Shown here in pieces: positions 18,460 to 28,511 of a stretch of 64,000 nucleotides of DNA. The DNA is taken from NCBI GenBank assembly GCA_021806925.1, contig JAKAPS010000002.1, positions 1,751-65,750 on the forward strand, in the 5' to 3' direction. The position numbers and the translations under genes were made by a program. A model generated the notes under the pieces. That model ran no database searches. It saw only the letters and a list, made by a program, of their open reading frames with translations, and was not told the DNA's origin. How positions within the stretch are numbered: the stretch's first letter is position 1; every line of letters begins with the position of its first letter. Source of the stretch: a bacterium (GTDB lineage Bacteria > Patescibacteriota > Dojkabacteria > JAKAPS01).

Positions 18460-19803
18460 TTATTTACTATATACTTTCATAAAATTTTCTGTTTCAAGTT
18501 TTATTTCTTTTATTCTTTTACTATTAATCAATTCATTAATAAATCCTTTTCTTATATTTGGATCCTTCCTAAGTTTTTGACTTGATAATTCTTTGAATTT
18601 GAAAGTATCTAATTCAAGTTTTACTTGATATATAAATTCAGCAATAGTATCCATATCTTTTTCCTTTAGACAAAGTGTTGTTGCTGCAGGGGTCCCTATT
18701 CTTATTCCTGATGGGAAAAATGGTGAATTTTCATCATGTGGAATAGTTGAAGCGTTTACAATTATTCCTGCTTTTTCAAGAGCATAAGCAAATTCCCATC
18801 CATTTATATTGTCTTTTGTTAAATTAATAAGTGTTAAATGTGTTTCACTTACACCTCCAACCAATTCGAACCCCCTGTTTATTAAAGAAGTACAAAGTGC
18901 TTTACAATTTAATAGAATTTGCTTTGAATATTCTTTGAATTCTAATGATTCTGATTCCTTAAGAGCAACTGCAATTCCTGCAATTGTATTAATATGTGGA
19001 CCGCCTTGTAGAAATGGGAATACTGTATCGTCAATCATTTTGTCAAGTGAAGGATTTTTCTGTATTCCACGTGGTGTGACCATTATCATTGCTCCCCTTG
19101 GTCCACGCATATCCTTATGTGTTGTTGTTGTTATTATATCGACAAAATTTACTGGAGAAGGTATTACATTAGATGCAACTAATCCGGATATATGAGAAAT
19201 ATCTGCTACAAGGTATGTATCCTCACCTACCTTGTCTGCAATTTTTCTAAATCTTTCATAGTCAATTAATTTTGTGTATGCAGTAGTGCCTGCCCATATG
19301 ATTTTTGGCTTGTGTTTTAGAGCAAGAGATTCAACTTCATCATAATCAATCTCACCGTTTTTTTTAACTGTGAACATTACGCTATTAAATAGTTTTCCTG
19401 AAAATGATACCTTTGATCCATGTGTTAAATGTCCTCCAGATGATAATTCAAGTCCTAGTATTGTATCTGCAAATGGTTTTGCAAGTGCAAAGTATACAGC
19501 AGCATTTGCAGGACTACCTGAATATGGCTGTACATTAGCAGAATAAGCTCCAAAGACTTGTTTTGCTCTTTCAATTGCAAGAGATTCAACTTTATCAATG
19601 TTTACAGCACCTTTGTAGTAACGTTTACCAGAATAACCTTCTGCATATTTATTTGTAAATACAGAACCAATCGCTTTTAGTACTGCATCTGATGCAAAAT
19701 TTTCAGATGGTATCAACGGAATGTCGCTATTCTGTCTTTTCTCTTCTTCTTTTAATAACCTAAATATTTCATCATCTGTATCTTTTAGGGATTTATATTT
19801 CAT
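18460..19803 (-). CDS. glyA: Serine hydroxymethyltransferase
   Basis: HLTHGSKVSFSGK; the PLP-lysine motif TTTTHKDMRGPRG. 447 aa, with a roughly 40-aa C-terminal extension. Confidence 0.95.
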   Translation of the reverse strand: MKYKSLKDTDDEIFRLLKEEEKRQNSDIPLIPSENFASDAVLKAIGSVFTNKYAEGYSGKRYYKGAVNIDKVESLAIERAKQVFGAYSANVQPYSGSPANAAVYFALAKPFADTILGLELSSGGHLTHGSKVSFSGKLFNSVMFTVKKNGEIDYDEVESLALKHKPKIIWAGTTAYTKLIDYERFRKIADKVGEDTYLVADISHISGLVASNVIPSPVNFVDIITTTTHKDMRGPRGAMIMVTPRGIQKNPSLDKMIDDTVFPFLQGGPHINTIAGIAVALKESESLEFKEYSKQILLNCKALCTSLINRGFELVGGVSETHLTLINLTKDNINGWEFAYALEKAGIIVNASTIPHDENSPFFPSGIRIGTPAATTLCLKEKDMDTIAEFIYQVKLELDTFKFKELSSQKLRKDPNIRKGFINELINSKRIKEIKLETENFMKVYSK

Positions 19804-19897
19804 TTTTTCTATTTTTATATGTATACTTAAATAAAGTAATAAATATTTTTATTGATTATTTAAGATTATTATTAAATCTTTACTATATATATTAATA

Positions 19898-20215
19898 ATG
19901 ATAAAGACCCTACTTCTAAAGATTATACAACAACATCAGAGAAATATACAAAATCTTGATATTTCTTGTGTAGAAGTGATTGGGTGGAAAGGAGAAATGC
20001 TTGAAGTATACGGAGACAATATTGATGAAGTTATGAGGTCCTTTGGAATTAATAGATACAAATATATAGAGGAATTAAATGCAGATAGCAGTAGGAATAG
20101 TAATAAAACTATTCGTAACGGCGGGTATATTAAACATCATGATGTAAATTACTGCATATATAGAGTTGAAATGGATATAGAAAAAGATGAATTACTTGAA
20201 ATTGTGTTTTCTTAA
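19898..20215 (+). CDS. Hypothetical protein
   Basis: 105-aa ORF with no recognisable motif. Confidence 0.3.
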   Translation: MIKTLLLKIIQQHQRNIQNLDISCVEVIGWKGEMLEVYGDNIDEVMRSFGINRYKYIEELNADSSRNSNKTIRNGGYIKHHDVNYCIYRVEMDIEKDELLEIVFS

Positions 20216-20267
20216 TTTGTATTAATTATGTATGCTATACTTTTTTCAGATTTGAAATTGTTTTTTT

Positions 20268-23078
20268 ATGAAAAGTAAAATAAGTAAACATGTAGAGAAT
20301 ATATCAAAAAATAGATATTATCCATCAGTATATAGCGAAGAAGATGAAAAGCATGTATATAACTTAACAATAACTGAAATTGAGGAAAGATTAAAAACTT
20401 CGAAGAAAACTGGATTGACAAAAGAACTTGCAAAATCTCTTCTTGAGAAATATGGTTCTAACGTAATAAAAAGAAGATCATCAATAAACGTATATTTAAT
20501 GTTTTTCAAACAGTTTAAAGATATTACTGCAATGCTTCTTCTAGCTTCAGGAATACTCTCAATATTTCTTAATGAAATAACAATTGGTGTGACACTACTT
20601 GTTTTGGTATTAATTAATGGAGGAATTGGATTCTTTGAAGAGTATAGTGCTAATAAATCACTAGAAGCATTAAATCAGTTTATTCCTAAAAAAGTTAAAG
20701 TAATAAGAGATGGATTAACAACAGAAATTGATTCCAGTGATCTTGTTCCTGGAGATTTGATGCTTATAGGTGAAGGAGATAGTATTGCTGCTGATGCAAG
20801 ACTCATAGAGAGCTATAATCTTGAAGCAATTGAATCATCATTAACTGGTGAAGCAACTTCTGTTTCTAAATCACATCATTCTCATGAAGGTAAAAAGTTA
20901 TCTATTACAGATATGAGAAACATGGTGTTAATGGGAACTACTATAGCAAGAGGTACCGGAAAAGCAATTGTTGTTGGTACTGGAGTTAATACAGAGTTTG
21001 GTAAAATAGCTCATTTCACACAAGAATCTAATGAAACACCTTCACCTCTTCAAAAAGAATTGAGAAGGGTCGGCGTTATAATTGTATATGCAGTAGGTTT
21101 CTCTGGTTTGATTGCATTTCTTATTGAAACATTTGTTGCACATAATCCAATTGAAAATACTGTCATATTATCAATTGGACTTGCTCTAAGTGCAATACCT
21201 GAAGGATTACCTGCAACTGTTGGAATAGCTCTTTCTATAGGGAGTAAATTCTTAGCTAAGAAAAATGTAATTGTAAAGCAATTAACATCTGTTGAGACGC
21301 TTGGCAGCACTACTGTTATTGTATCTGATAAGACAGGGACTCTAACCAAAAATCAGATGAGTGTAACTGATATATACACAAACATGAAGAACTATACAGT
21401 AACAGGTACAGGTTATGAACCTGTTGGTGTAATAAACGGCCTTGAATCTATAAATCACGTCAAGAATTTTTTTGAGTGTATGCTACTATGTAATAATTCG
21501 AGTATAGAGTGCGATGGGACGCTTTGGAAGAGCGTTGGGGACCCTACAGAATCTGCACTTGTAACACTTTGCAAAAAAAATAAATACTTCAATATTCCAT
21601 CTGTTGAAAATGAATATGTTAAATTGAGTGAAATTCCATTTGATTCTGATAGAAAAATGATGTCTACAATTTTTAAAAACACATCAGGCTCCTATATTAT
21701 GTATACAAAAGGAGGTGTATCTGAAATTCTTGAGAAGTCAAAAATGATATTACTTGATAATAATATTGTTGAACTCACAGAAGATAGAAAAAGAGATATA
21801 TTACTTAAGAATGATGAATATGCTAATAACGCACTTAGAGTTCTTGCATTTGCAATGAAGTTATCTAATACAAAGCTTGCTGGAGGTGAAGAGGGGTTAA
21901 TATTTCTAGGTCTAGTTGGTATGATTGATCCTCCAAGAGATAATGTTGATAGAGCTATATCTGAGGCAATGGAAGCAGGTATTAGAATAATTATGTGTAC
22001 AGGAGATCACCCTAATACTGCAATTGCAATAGCAAAAAGAATCAATTTAATTAAAAATTCTGAACAAACTAAGGTTATATTAGGCAGTGATATGAATGGA
22101 CTTAGTGATGAAGAATTATTGAATGACATATATTCATTTGAAGATATTATCTTTGCAAGAAGTGATCCAACAAACAAATTAAGAGTGGTTAGACTTTTAA
22201 AGAGTAAGGGAGAAGTAGTCGCTGTTACAGGTGACGGTGTTAACGATTCCCCTGCTTTGAAAGCTGCTGATATTGGAATTGCTATGGGTATTGTTGGAAC
22301 TGATGTATCAAAAGAAGCTTCAAAGATGATATTACTTGATGATAGTTTTGCGAGTATAGTTGAAGCAATAAGGCAGGGTAGAATAATATATAACAACATA
22401 AAGAAATTTATAAGATTTATACTGTCAATTGATTTAGCAGAATTGACGATATTTTTCCTAGCTATATTATTAGGGTTACCTTCTCCAATGTTTGTATTGC
22501 AACTTCTGTCAATTGATTTAGTTGTTAATATAATCCCATCTATAATACTTGCAAGAGATATCGGCGACCCTGATATTATGAAATTACCACCTAGAAGTAG
22601 AACAGATCATCTGTTTGATAAAACGACATTAATTCCTGTAGCAATAAATGGATTATTGATAAGTGTATTTGGAATTATTGTGTTCTTTATATCGCTTAAC
22701 CAGAATGGTTGGAGCTATGAATTTGGATTGTCTCTAAAATCAAATCTATATTTTGTATCAACAACTGCTAGTTATCTTGCTCTTGTTATTCCGCAAATAT
22801 TAGTAAACCTTTATACAGCAAGATCATTCAAATTCTCTGTATTTAATTTTGAATTAAACAGTTACAAATATTTATTTCTTGGATCTATGTTCTGTTTAAT
22901 TTTAATATCATTGTTTATATTAATTCCTGGTGTATCTTGGTTATTTGATTTTAGAATGGTCAATCCTTCAATAATCATGTATATTCTAGGGTTTTCAATA
23001 TGTATATTTATATTGAGTGAATTATCTAAGATAGCTATAAGGTTTATGTTACATTTATATTCAAGAATACAGGTTTGA
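20268..23078 (+). CDS. P-type cation-transporting ATPase (P2-type, Ca2+/SERCA-like)
   Basis: Phosphorylation motif DKTGTLT; TM4 PEGLPATV; hinge TGDGVNDSPALKAADIGIAMG. 936 aa. Confidence 0.9.
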   Translation: MKSKISKHVENISKNRYYPSVYSEEDEKHVYNLTITEIEERLKTSKKTGLTKELAKSLLEKYGSNVIKRRSSINVYLMFFKQFKDITAMLLLASGILSIFLNEITIGVTLLVLVLINGGIGFFEEYSANKSLEALNQFIPKKVKVIRDGLTTEIDSSDLVPGDLMLIGEGDSIAADARLIESYNLEAIESSLTGEATSVSKSHHSHEGKKLSITDMRNMVLMGTTIARGTGKAIVVGTGVNTEFGKIAHFTQESNETPSPLQKELRRVGVIIVYAVGFSGLIAFLIETFVAHNPIENTVILSIGLALSAIPEGLPATVGIALSIGSKFLAKKNVIVKQLTSVETLGSTTVIVSDKTGTLTKNQMSVTDIYTNMKNYTVTGTGYEPVGVINGLESINHVKNFFECMLLCNNSSIECDGTLWKSVGDPTESALVTLCKKNKYFNIPSVENEYVKLSEIPFDSDRKMMSTIFKNTSGSYIMYTKGGVSEILEKSKMILLDNNIVELTEDRKRDILLKNDEYANNALRVLAFAMKLSNTKLAGGEEGLIFLGLVGMIDPPRDNVDRAISEAMEAGIRIIMCTGDHPNTAIAIAKRINLIKNSEQTKVILGSDMNGLSDEELLNDIYSFEDIIFARSDPTNKLRVVRLLKSKGEVVAVTGDGVNDSPALKAADIGIAMGIVGTDVSKEASKMILLDDSFASIVEAIRQGRIIYNNIKKFIRFILSIDLAELTIFFLAILLGLPSPMFVLQLLSIDLVVNIIPSIILARDIGDPDIMKLPPRSRTDHLFDKTTLIPVAINGLLISVFGIIVFFISLNQNGWSYEFGLSLKSNLYFVSTTASYLALVIPQILVNLYTARSFKFSVFNFELNSYKYLFLGSMFCLILISLFILIPGVSWLFDFRMVNPSIIMYILGFSICIFILSELSKIAIRFMLHLYSRIQV

Positions 23079-23246
23079 TTTATAATTTTATGTTAATATA
23101 TTTATTACTTGTGACATTTAGGTCATGTGTTACTTGGTATCGTCCTTCTCTCCATATATCCTGCCTATTTTTCAAAATCATTAAAACTTGTAACATGTTC
23201 TTACTCAATACTATTGATGTTAATACAATATTTTTCTCCAACTAAA

Positions 23247-24347
23247 TTAAATGTTCTTTGAAATATACTCTGCAACTATTTCTGATGCATTTGTTTTAAA
23301 TGAATTAGATGTTTCAATCATAACATCTTTATGTAATACCTTCTTAATTGAATTCAGAAGTATTATATCTGTCATGTTTTTCTCTTCAATAATCTCTGCT
23401 AATCCATAGCTTTTCAATATCTCAGCATTTTTTAATTGTTCGTTGTTTTGTGCAAATGGTAGTGGTATAAGTATTGAAGGTTTTTTTAATGCACCAAGCT
23501 CATAAACAGTATTCGCACCACTTCTTCCTATTAACATGTCTGATTGATGTAATGCTTTTGAATAATCAGAGCTCAATAAATTTTTGAAAACTCTATAATT
23601 TTCAAATTTGTTATTTTCTATAAGCTTATTTGCATATTCATAATCATTAAATATTGTGTTTGAACCAGTTAGATGAATAATATTATATTCATGGGTGAGC
23701 TGCTCTAGTTGATTAAAGATTATTTCGTTAATCCTGTGAGCCCCTTGGTTACCACATGAAATAAGGATCGTTTTTTTATCATTATTAAACTCAACAAGAT
23801 TATTTTTTTCTTCTAGTATCTCTTTTCTTATTGGATTTCCTGTTATAATGATATTATCTCTTTTGCTAACTGGTACCTCACTCTCAGTCTCTTTCCATCC
23901 AAGAAAAATTATATCCGCAAGATAGAATATCAATTTATTTGCTAATCCGATATTTAGCGTTTGTTCATGAGTATATATTTTTATACCCAGTATCTTTGCT
24001 GAAATTGCAGTTGTTGCTCCGATATATCCTCCAAATGTTAGAACAAGAGATGGTTTCTCTTTCAATAGAATAAAAAAAGATTCAATTAGCCCTATTGGTA
24101 TAAGTACAAGACTAATTACGGCTTTCCATGACATGTATCTGTATAATTTTCCAGCATGTAGATTAATAAATTTAATTCCTCGTGAAGTAATATCGTTAAA
24201 TTCGAGTGATGTATTCTTATCAAAAAGCATAGTATACTTCTGACCTATCCAAATTACATCAAACATGTTTCTATCTAATGCTTCAACTATGCTTAGTGCG
24301 CTTGTAAAGTGACCTCCTGTCACTAGTATCTTTTTCTTTATCATCAA
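23247..24347 (-). CDS. murG: Undecaprenyldiphospho-muramoylpentapeptide beta-N-acetylglucosaminyltransferase (MurG)
   Basis: N-terminal ILVTGGHFTSALSIVEAL (G-loop) and C-terminal RSGANTVYELGALKKPSILIPLPFAQNNEQLKNAEIL. 366 aa. Its start overlaps the upstream SEDS gene by about 65 nt. Confidence 0.85.
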   Translation of the reverse strand: MMIKKKILVTGGHFTSALSIVEALDRNMFDVIWIGQKYTMLFDKNTSLEFNDITSRGIKFINLHAGKLYRYMSWKAVISLVLIPIGLIESFFILLKEKPSLVLTFGGYIGATTAISAKILGIKIYTHEQTLNIGLANKLIFYLADIIFLGWKETESEVPVSKRDNIIITGNPIRKEILEEKNNLVEFNNDKKTILISCGNQGAHRINEIIFNQLEQLTHEYNIIHLTGSNTIFNDYEYANKLIENNKFENYRVFKNLLSSDYSKALHQSDMLIGRSGANTVYELGALKKPSILIPLPFAQNNEQLKNAEILKSYGLAEIIEEKNMTDIILLNSIKKVLHKDVMIETSNSFKTNASEIVAEYISKNI

Positions 24348-25422
24348 AGTATATTATAGAATAAATTAGACCAAGTGATAAAAATATTGAGATTGTTGAA
24401 CTTCCACCGTAACTAATTAAAGGTAATGGAATACCAGTCAAAGGCAATATATTTAAATTAACAAATATATTTATTATACTTTGAAAAAATATCAATATAA
24501 CTATTGTTATAAATATAGCTTTACCTTGATAATCTTTTATTGTCAATGCAATGTAATATAGAAGAGATATTATTGCAATAAAATAAATTAGGAATAGTGT
24601 TGTTAAGAAAAAACCTAACTCCTGTGCTATTATTGCAAATGCAGAATCAGTTATTGATGTTCCTTGAACTAGAAATGGTGTCTTCCCTATGTTATATCCA
24701 ATCCCTTTCCCAAATAGTCCGCCTGACCCGATTGTTATTAAAATTTGCTTTAATTGATATCCTGATCCAAGTGAATTTGAAGTTTGGCTTGAAGAATATG
24801 TTAGTATTCTCTCCAGTCTATATGGTTCTATTATTATAGCGACTACGGCAAGTGCAAGAAATATAGAGAGTATAAGGAGTAGTTGATATAGTTGTTTTGG
24901 TCTTTCAATATACAAAAAATATATTGAAATTGAGATTATTATAATTATTATTGTAGTTCCTAGATCTTTTTGGTATAGAGTTAGAAGTGAAACAAGAAGT
25001 AATATAGAAGTGAATGGAATCGTTAATTTACTTAGTACATTGCCCCCTACTGTTCTCCCCTTCTCTAGAATACCTGCAAAGTACAATATTATAACAGGCT
25101 TTATAAATTCTGATGGTTGAATCGTAATTCCTTTTACAACAATCCATCTTGTAGCACCGTTTATACTCTGTCCTTTAAAAATTGTAAATATGATTGCAAA
25201 TATCAAAAATATTAGTAAATATGTAGATATTCTAACAAAAAATTTGTAATTGATTCTTGATACAACAAATAAAAGAAATATACCAAATATATCCCAAAGC
25301 ATAGCGTGCTCAAGATAATAAAATCTATTACTCGTTAATGAGTTTGAACCTTCATATATTATATATAACCCAAATAATATATAAGGAGCTAGTATTACAG
25401 TGATTATATTTCTTCTATTCAT
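24283..25422 (-). CDS. SEDS-family peptidoglycan glycosyltransferase (FtsW/RodA/SpoVE)
   Basis: Multi-TM; GATRWIVVKGITIQPSEFIKPVIILYFAG resembles the SEDS periplasmic loop signature. 379 aa. Confidence 0.85.
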   Translation of the reverse strand: MNRRNIITVILAPYILFGLYIIYEGSNSLTSNRFYYLEHAMLWDIFGIFLLFVVSRINYKFFVRISTYLLIFLIFAIIFTIFKGQSINGATRWIVVKGITIQPSEFIKPVIILYFAGILEKGRTVGGNVLSKLTIPFTSILLLVSLLTLYQKDLGTTIIIIIISISIYFLYIERPKQLYQLLLILSIFLALAVVAIIIEPYRLERILTYSSSQTSNSLGSGYQLKQILITIGSGGLFGKGIGYNIGKTPFLVQGTSITDSAFAIIAQELGFFLTTLFLIYFIAIISLLYYIALTIKDYQGKAIFITIVILIFFQSIINIFVNLNILPLTGIPLPLISYGGSSTISIFLSLGLIYSIIYFDDKEKDTSDRRSLYKRTKHS

Positions 25423-25536
25423 ACGAATTTACATATTTAATAATCCACTATTAGTTTATCTACTATATAATAATATTATACTTTTTTGTTTTAGAAGTAT
25501 CCATATAAAATTATATATCTTTTATATAAATATCCC

Positions 25537-26865
25537 CTATATTCTTCTATTTGCTTTTGTATGCCTGTAGATAGATTGAACTATACCTAGCAGGCAAAAC
25601 ATTATGATTAAATCACTTCCACCAGAACTCATAAATGGAAGTGGTATTCCAGTTGTTGGTAATTTCCCTAAATTAATAAGTATATTCAATGTAGTTTGTA
25701 TAGATATGATTAGAATTACTCCAGATATAAATAACTTAGAGTAATCATCTGTTGTCTTTTGAAGTATTTCAGATAAGATATTTATAAGAAAAAAGTATAG
25801 AAGTATTAATATTGATACTCCAATAAATCCAAATTCTTCTGCACTGGTTGCAAATATAAAATCAGTTGAATATTCAGGTAGAAAATCTAGTCTAGTCTGT
25901 GTTGTTCCACCGCCATATATTTCACCAGATCCAATTGCTATTTCTGCTTGAGTGATTTGATATGAAGTTGATTTATCTTTATTGTATAGGAATGATAATA
26001 TTCTTTGTTTTTGATAAGGCTGTAATAAATGGTTCCAGCCTATAGAGAATATCAGTACTCCTGTTACAAACGATATGAATATTGCCAAAGTGATGTAAAT
26101 GAATTCTTTTAATTTACTTGTCTTTTTAGATGTTTTTTCATTTGTTTTGCTGATTACAGGTGTCGATATATTTAAAAATAACATAAATAAACCGCATATT
26201 AATATTTCAAATGTGACTAATGCTAATGAGTAAATTATTAGTTTATGATTTGTTATTAGTATAAATCCTGAAATAAGTGATAATCCAAGAAGCAACACCA
26301 TACTTATTGCAATTAGTTTATTTTTCATGCTTATAAATACTGTAACAAGAATTGTTATTAATATTGTTATTGCACTACTTAGTGATGGCTCCTTAAAAAC
26401 TAGGAATATAATTAGAACAGATAGAAAAGTAAACAAGTAAAAATTCTTTTTCTTTTGAGATAGCATTCCTGCACATATTAGTATTACTGCAAATTTAGCG
26501 ATTTCTGATGGTTGAAAATTAACGAATCCAAGTGCAATCCATCTAGCAGCGCCGTTGACATTTTTCCCTACAAATAGATCAATAAAAAGGATTAATATAC
26601 TGATGTATGTAAAGCCCAAATAAAATAAAGGGAATGATAGATTAATATAATCAATAGATGCAAATAGAAAATATAGAGCCAATCCGATTATTCCAAATGT
26701 TAATTGCCTTTCTGCAAGTATATTTGATGTATTTGATGAATAATATATTGATGCGAGTCCATATATATATAACAAAAATATATTTAATGTTAAAAAGAAA
26801 TTCTGAGATAATATCTTTTCATATAATATATTTTTTAAATCAATTTTTAATTTTTTAATCTTCAC
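25537..26865 (-). CDS. SEDS-family peptidoglycan glycosyltransferase (second FtsW/RodA paralogue)
   Basis: GAARWIALGFVNFQPSEIAKFAVILICAG and C-terminal LPTTGIPLPFMSSGGSDLI. 442 aa. The start abuts the stop of the upstream GT2 gene. Confidence 0.85.
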   Translation of the reverse strand: MKIKKLKIDLKNILYEKILSQNFFLTLNIFLLYIYGLASIYYSSNTSNILAERQLTFGIIGLALYFLFASIDYINLSFPLFYLGFTYISILILFIDLFVGKNVNGAARWIALGFVNFQPSEIAKFAVILICAGMLSQKKKNFYLFTFLSVLIIFLVFKEPSLSSAITILITILVTVFISMKNKLIAISMVLLLGLSLISGFILITNHKLIIYSLALVTFEILICGLFMLFLNISTPVISKTNEKTSKKTSKLKEFIYITLAIFISFVTGVLIFSIGWNHLLQPYQKQRILSFLYNKDKSTSYQITQAEIAIGSGEIYGGGTTQTRLDFLPEYSTDFIFATSAEEFGFIGVSILILLYFFLINILSEILQKTTDDYSKLFISGVILIISIQTTLNILINLGKLPTTGIPLPFMSSGGSDLIIMFCLLGIVQSIYRHTKANRRI

Positions 26866-28326
26866 TTAGTTACTTTTCTTTGGTGCTGGAATATATTGAA
26901 TAGGCCTGTTAATAATTAATCTAGTTTGTGCTTCTATTGCAGGAACTGCAGAAAATATTATGCTTACAAATGGGAATGTTATAACCTGTAAAAATGAATA
27001 TACTTTTCTAAAAAACGACCATTTATCAGGCTTCTTTGGAGCATAAAGTGCTTCAATATAAAATAGCGCTATCATGAATATAGTAAGTATTGTTAAAATT
27101 TTACTGAATAATACAGAAAGAGTGTAAGCAACTATTGATTTAGCAAAATGAGGATTTAGGTGTATAGGTATTGAAAATCCAAACATAATAATAAGCGGAA
27201 GCATTGCCCATTCAAATGCTTTTCTGATTTGTTCAAATATTGTTATGAATTTCAAGTATAATGGTATCTCCTTATTTTTTATTGCGTGTCTAAAACTGAA
27301 TGCAAACTCACCTGCTCCATATGCCCATCTTCGAATTTGTACATATTGCGCCTTAATAGAATCAATAAGTGAATCGGTGCTTATTGCATCAAGGAAAACT
27401 GGTAAAAACAGTGAAACTATTTCCAAATCTTTCCCATATTTGAAAAATATCTTCCAATATATTCTCTCGTCCTCTGGTATAATGTCAGGTTCCCAGTAGT
27501 CAACAGAGTTTAGCGTTTCTAAATTAATACTATAGCATGAAAAATTTATAAATCTATGAGGGCTTAATGTTAAAGACATTTGCCATGAAGCTGAGAATGT
27601 CGCAACTATTCTTGAAAAGAATGGAACTTCCCATATATTATTATAGAATATTGGTATTGGCTGATATATTTTAGCTTCAGGTTTGTTTTTCTTAGAGTAA
27701 ACATAGGTTAGTTTAGCAAGAAATTGTTTGTTATGTATACTATCACTATCCGCACTCGTAACTATAACTTTACTTGTATCTATTTTTAGTTCATTTATTT
27801 TTTTATATAGTTCACGAGCTGCATAATTTTCATTTGATGCCTTTCCTTTTATTTCTTTTGTAATATCTAAATCATGCTCAGTAATTAGTATCAATAGGAA
27901 CTTATCTGAATATTTTTCTTTTAATTTCAATGCAATTTCTTTTGCACTTGTTATTCTTTTTTCAGTTGCTAAAACAAGAATTTTCTGTGATTTTGGATAT
28001 TTATTTATTGCAATTGAATTAACTGACTTCTCAAGTACACTATAACCCTCATTTGCATATGGAACAATAACTGCATGATACATGTTTGAAAAATCAAATC
28101 CTTCATCCTTCAATTTTTTATACCAGTTTATATTTAGTGTGTATTGGATTTTTCTTGAAGCAAGTACCATTAAGATAATGTGATATATTGATGTGTATGT
28201 AAAATATACTGTAAAGAATACTATTATAAAAGTGGCAATCAATGGCGTTGTATATGATAGTACAATGAATAAAAATATAAAACCCCACATTAACAACCCT
28301 GGAAACATTTCTGTAAGTCTTTTCAT
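26866..28326 (-). CDS. Membrane-embedded processive family-2 glycosyltransferase (cellulose/chitin/hyaluronan-synthase-like)
   Basis: TM-flanked GT2 domain: LVLATEKR, DxD VTSADSDSI, TED-like IIPEDERI, QxxRW as VQIRRWAYG. 486 aa. Confidence 0.65.
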   Translation of the reverse strand: MKRLTEMFPGLLMWGFIFLFIVLSYTTPLIATFIIVFFTVYFTYTSIYHIILMVLASRKIQYTLNINWYKKLKDEGFDFSNMYHAVIVPYANEGYSVLEKSVNSIAINKYPKSQKILVLATEKRITSAKEIALKLKEKYSDKFLLILITEHDLDITKEIKGKASNENYAARELYKKINELKIDTSKVIVTSADSDSIHNKQFLAKLTYVYSKKNKPEAKIYQPIPIFYNNIWEVPFFSRIVATFSASWQMSLTLSPHRFINFSCYSINLETLNSVDYWEPDIIPEDERIYWKIFFKYGKDLEIVSLFLPVFLDAISTDSLIDSIKAQYVQIRRWAYGAGEFAFSFRHAIKNKEIPLYLKFITIFEQIRKAFEWAMLPLIIMFGFSIPIHLNPHFAKSIVAYTLSVLFSKILTILTIFMIALFYIEALYAPKKPDKWSFFRKVYSFLQVITFPFVSIIFSAVPAIEAQTRLIINRPIQYIPAPKKSN

Positions 28327-28511
28327 AAAACAATATGTCTTAATTGAGATTATTATATCATGGGTAGTTATGAATATTAAGAACTTAGAATTTGATACAT
28401 AATATAAAAAATTGAATTTGTATAATATTCTAAACTGCAGGAGTGTCTATTCTTGGTATAAACATTCCAAATTTAAAACACATATTTTTTTTGTGATATA
28501 ATTAAATATAT

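Noticed and set aside
18809-19195. 128-aa plus-strand ORF inside glyA
   Set aside because: Antisense to a well-supported serine hydroxymethyltransferase. Cys/Pro-rich composition typical of a reverse-frame artefact.
24283-24347. The roughly 65-nt overlap of the SEDS stop with the murG start as evidence of a frameshift or fusion
   Set aside because: Both reading frames are independently supported by motifs. The murG G-loop (GGHFTS) lies within 15 codons of its start, and the SEDS C-terminal tail is hydrophilic. A real overlap is the simpler reading, though the MurG start could be a few codons later.
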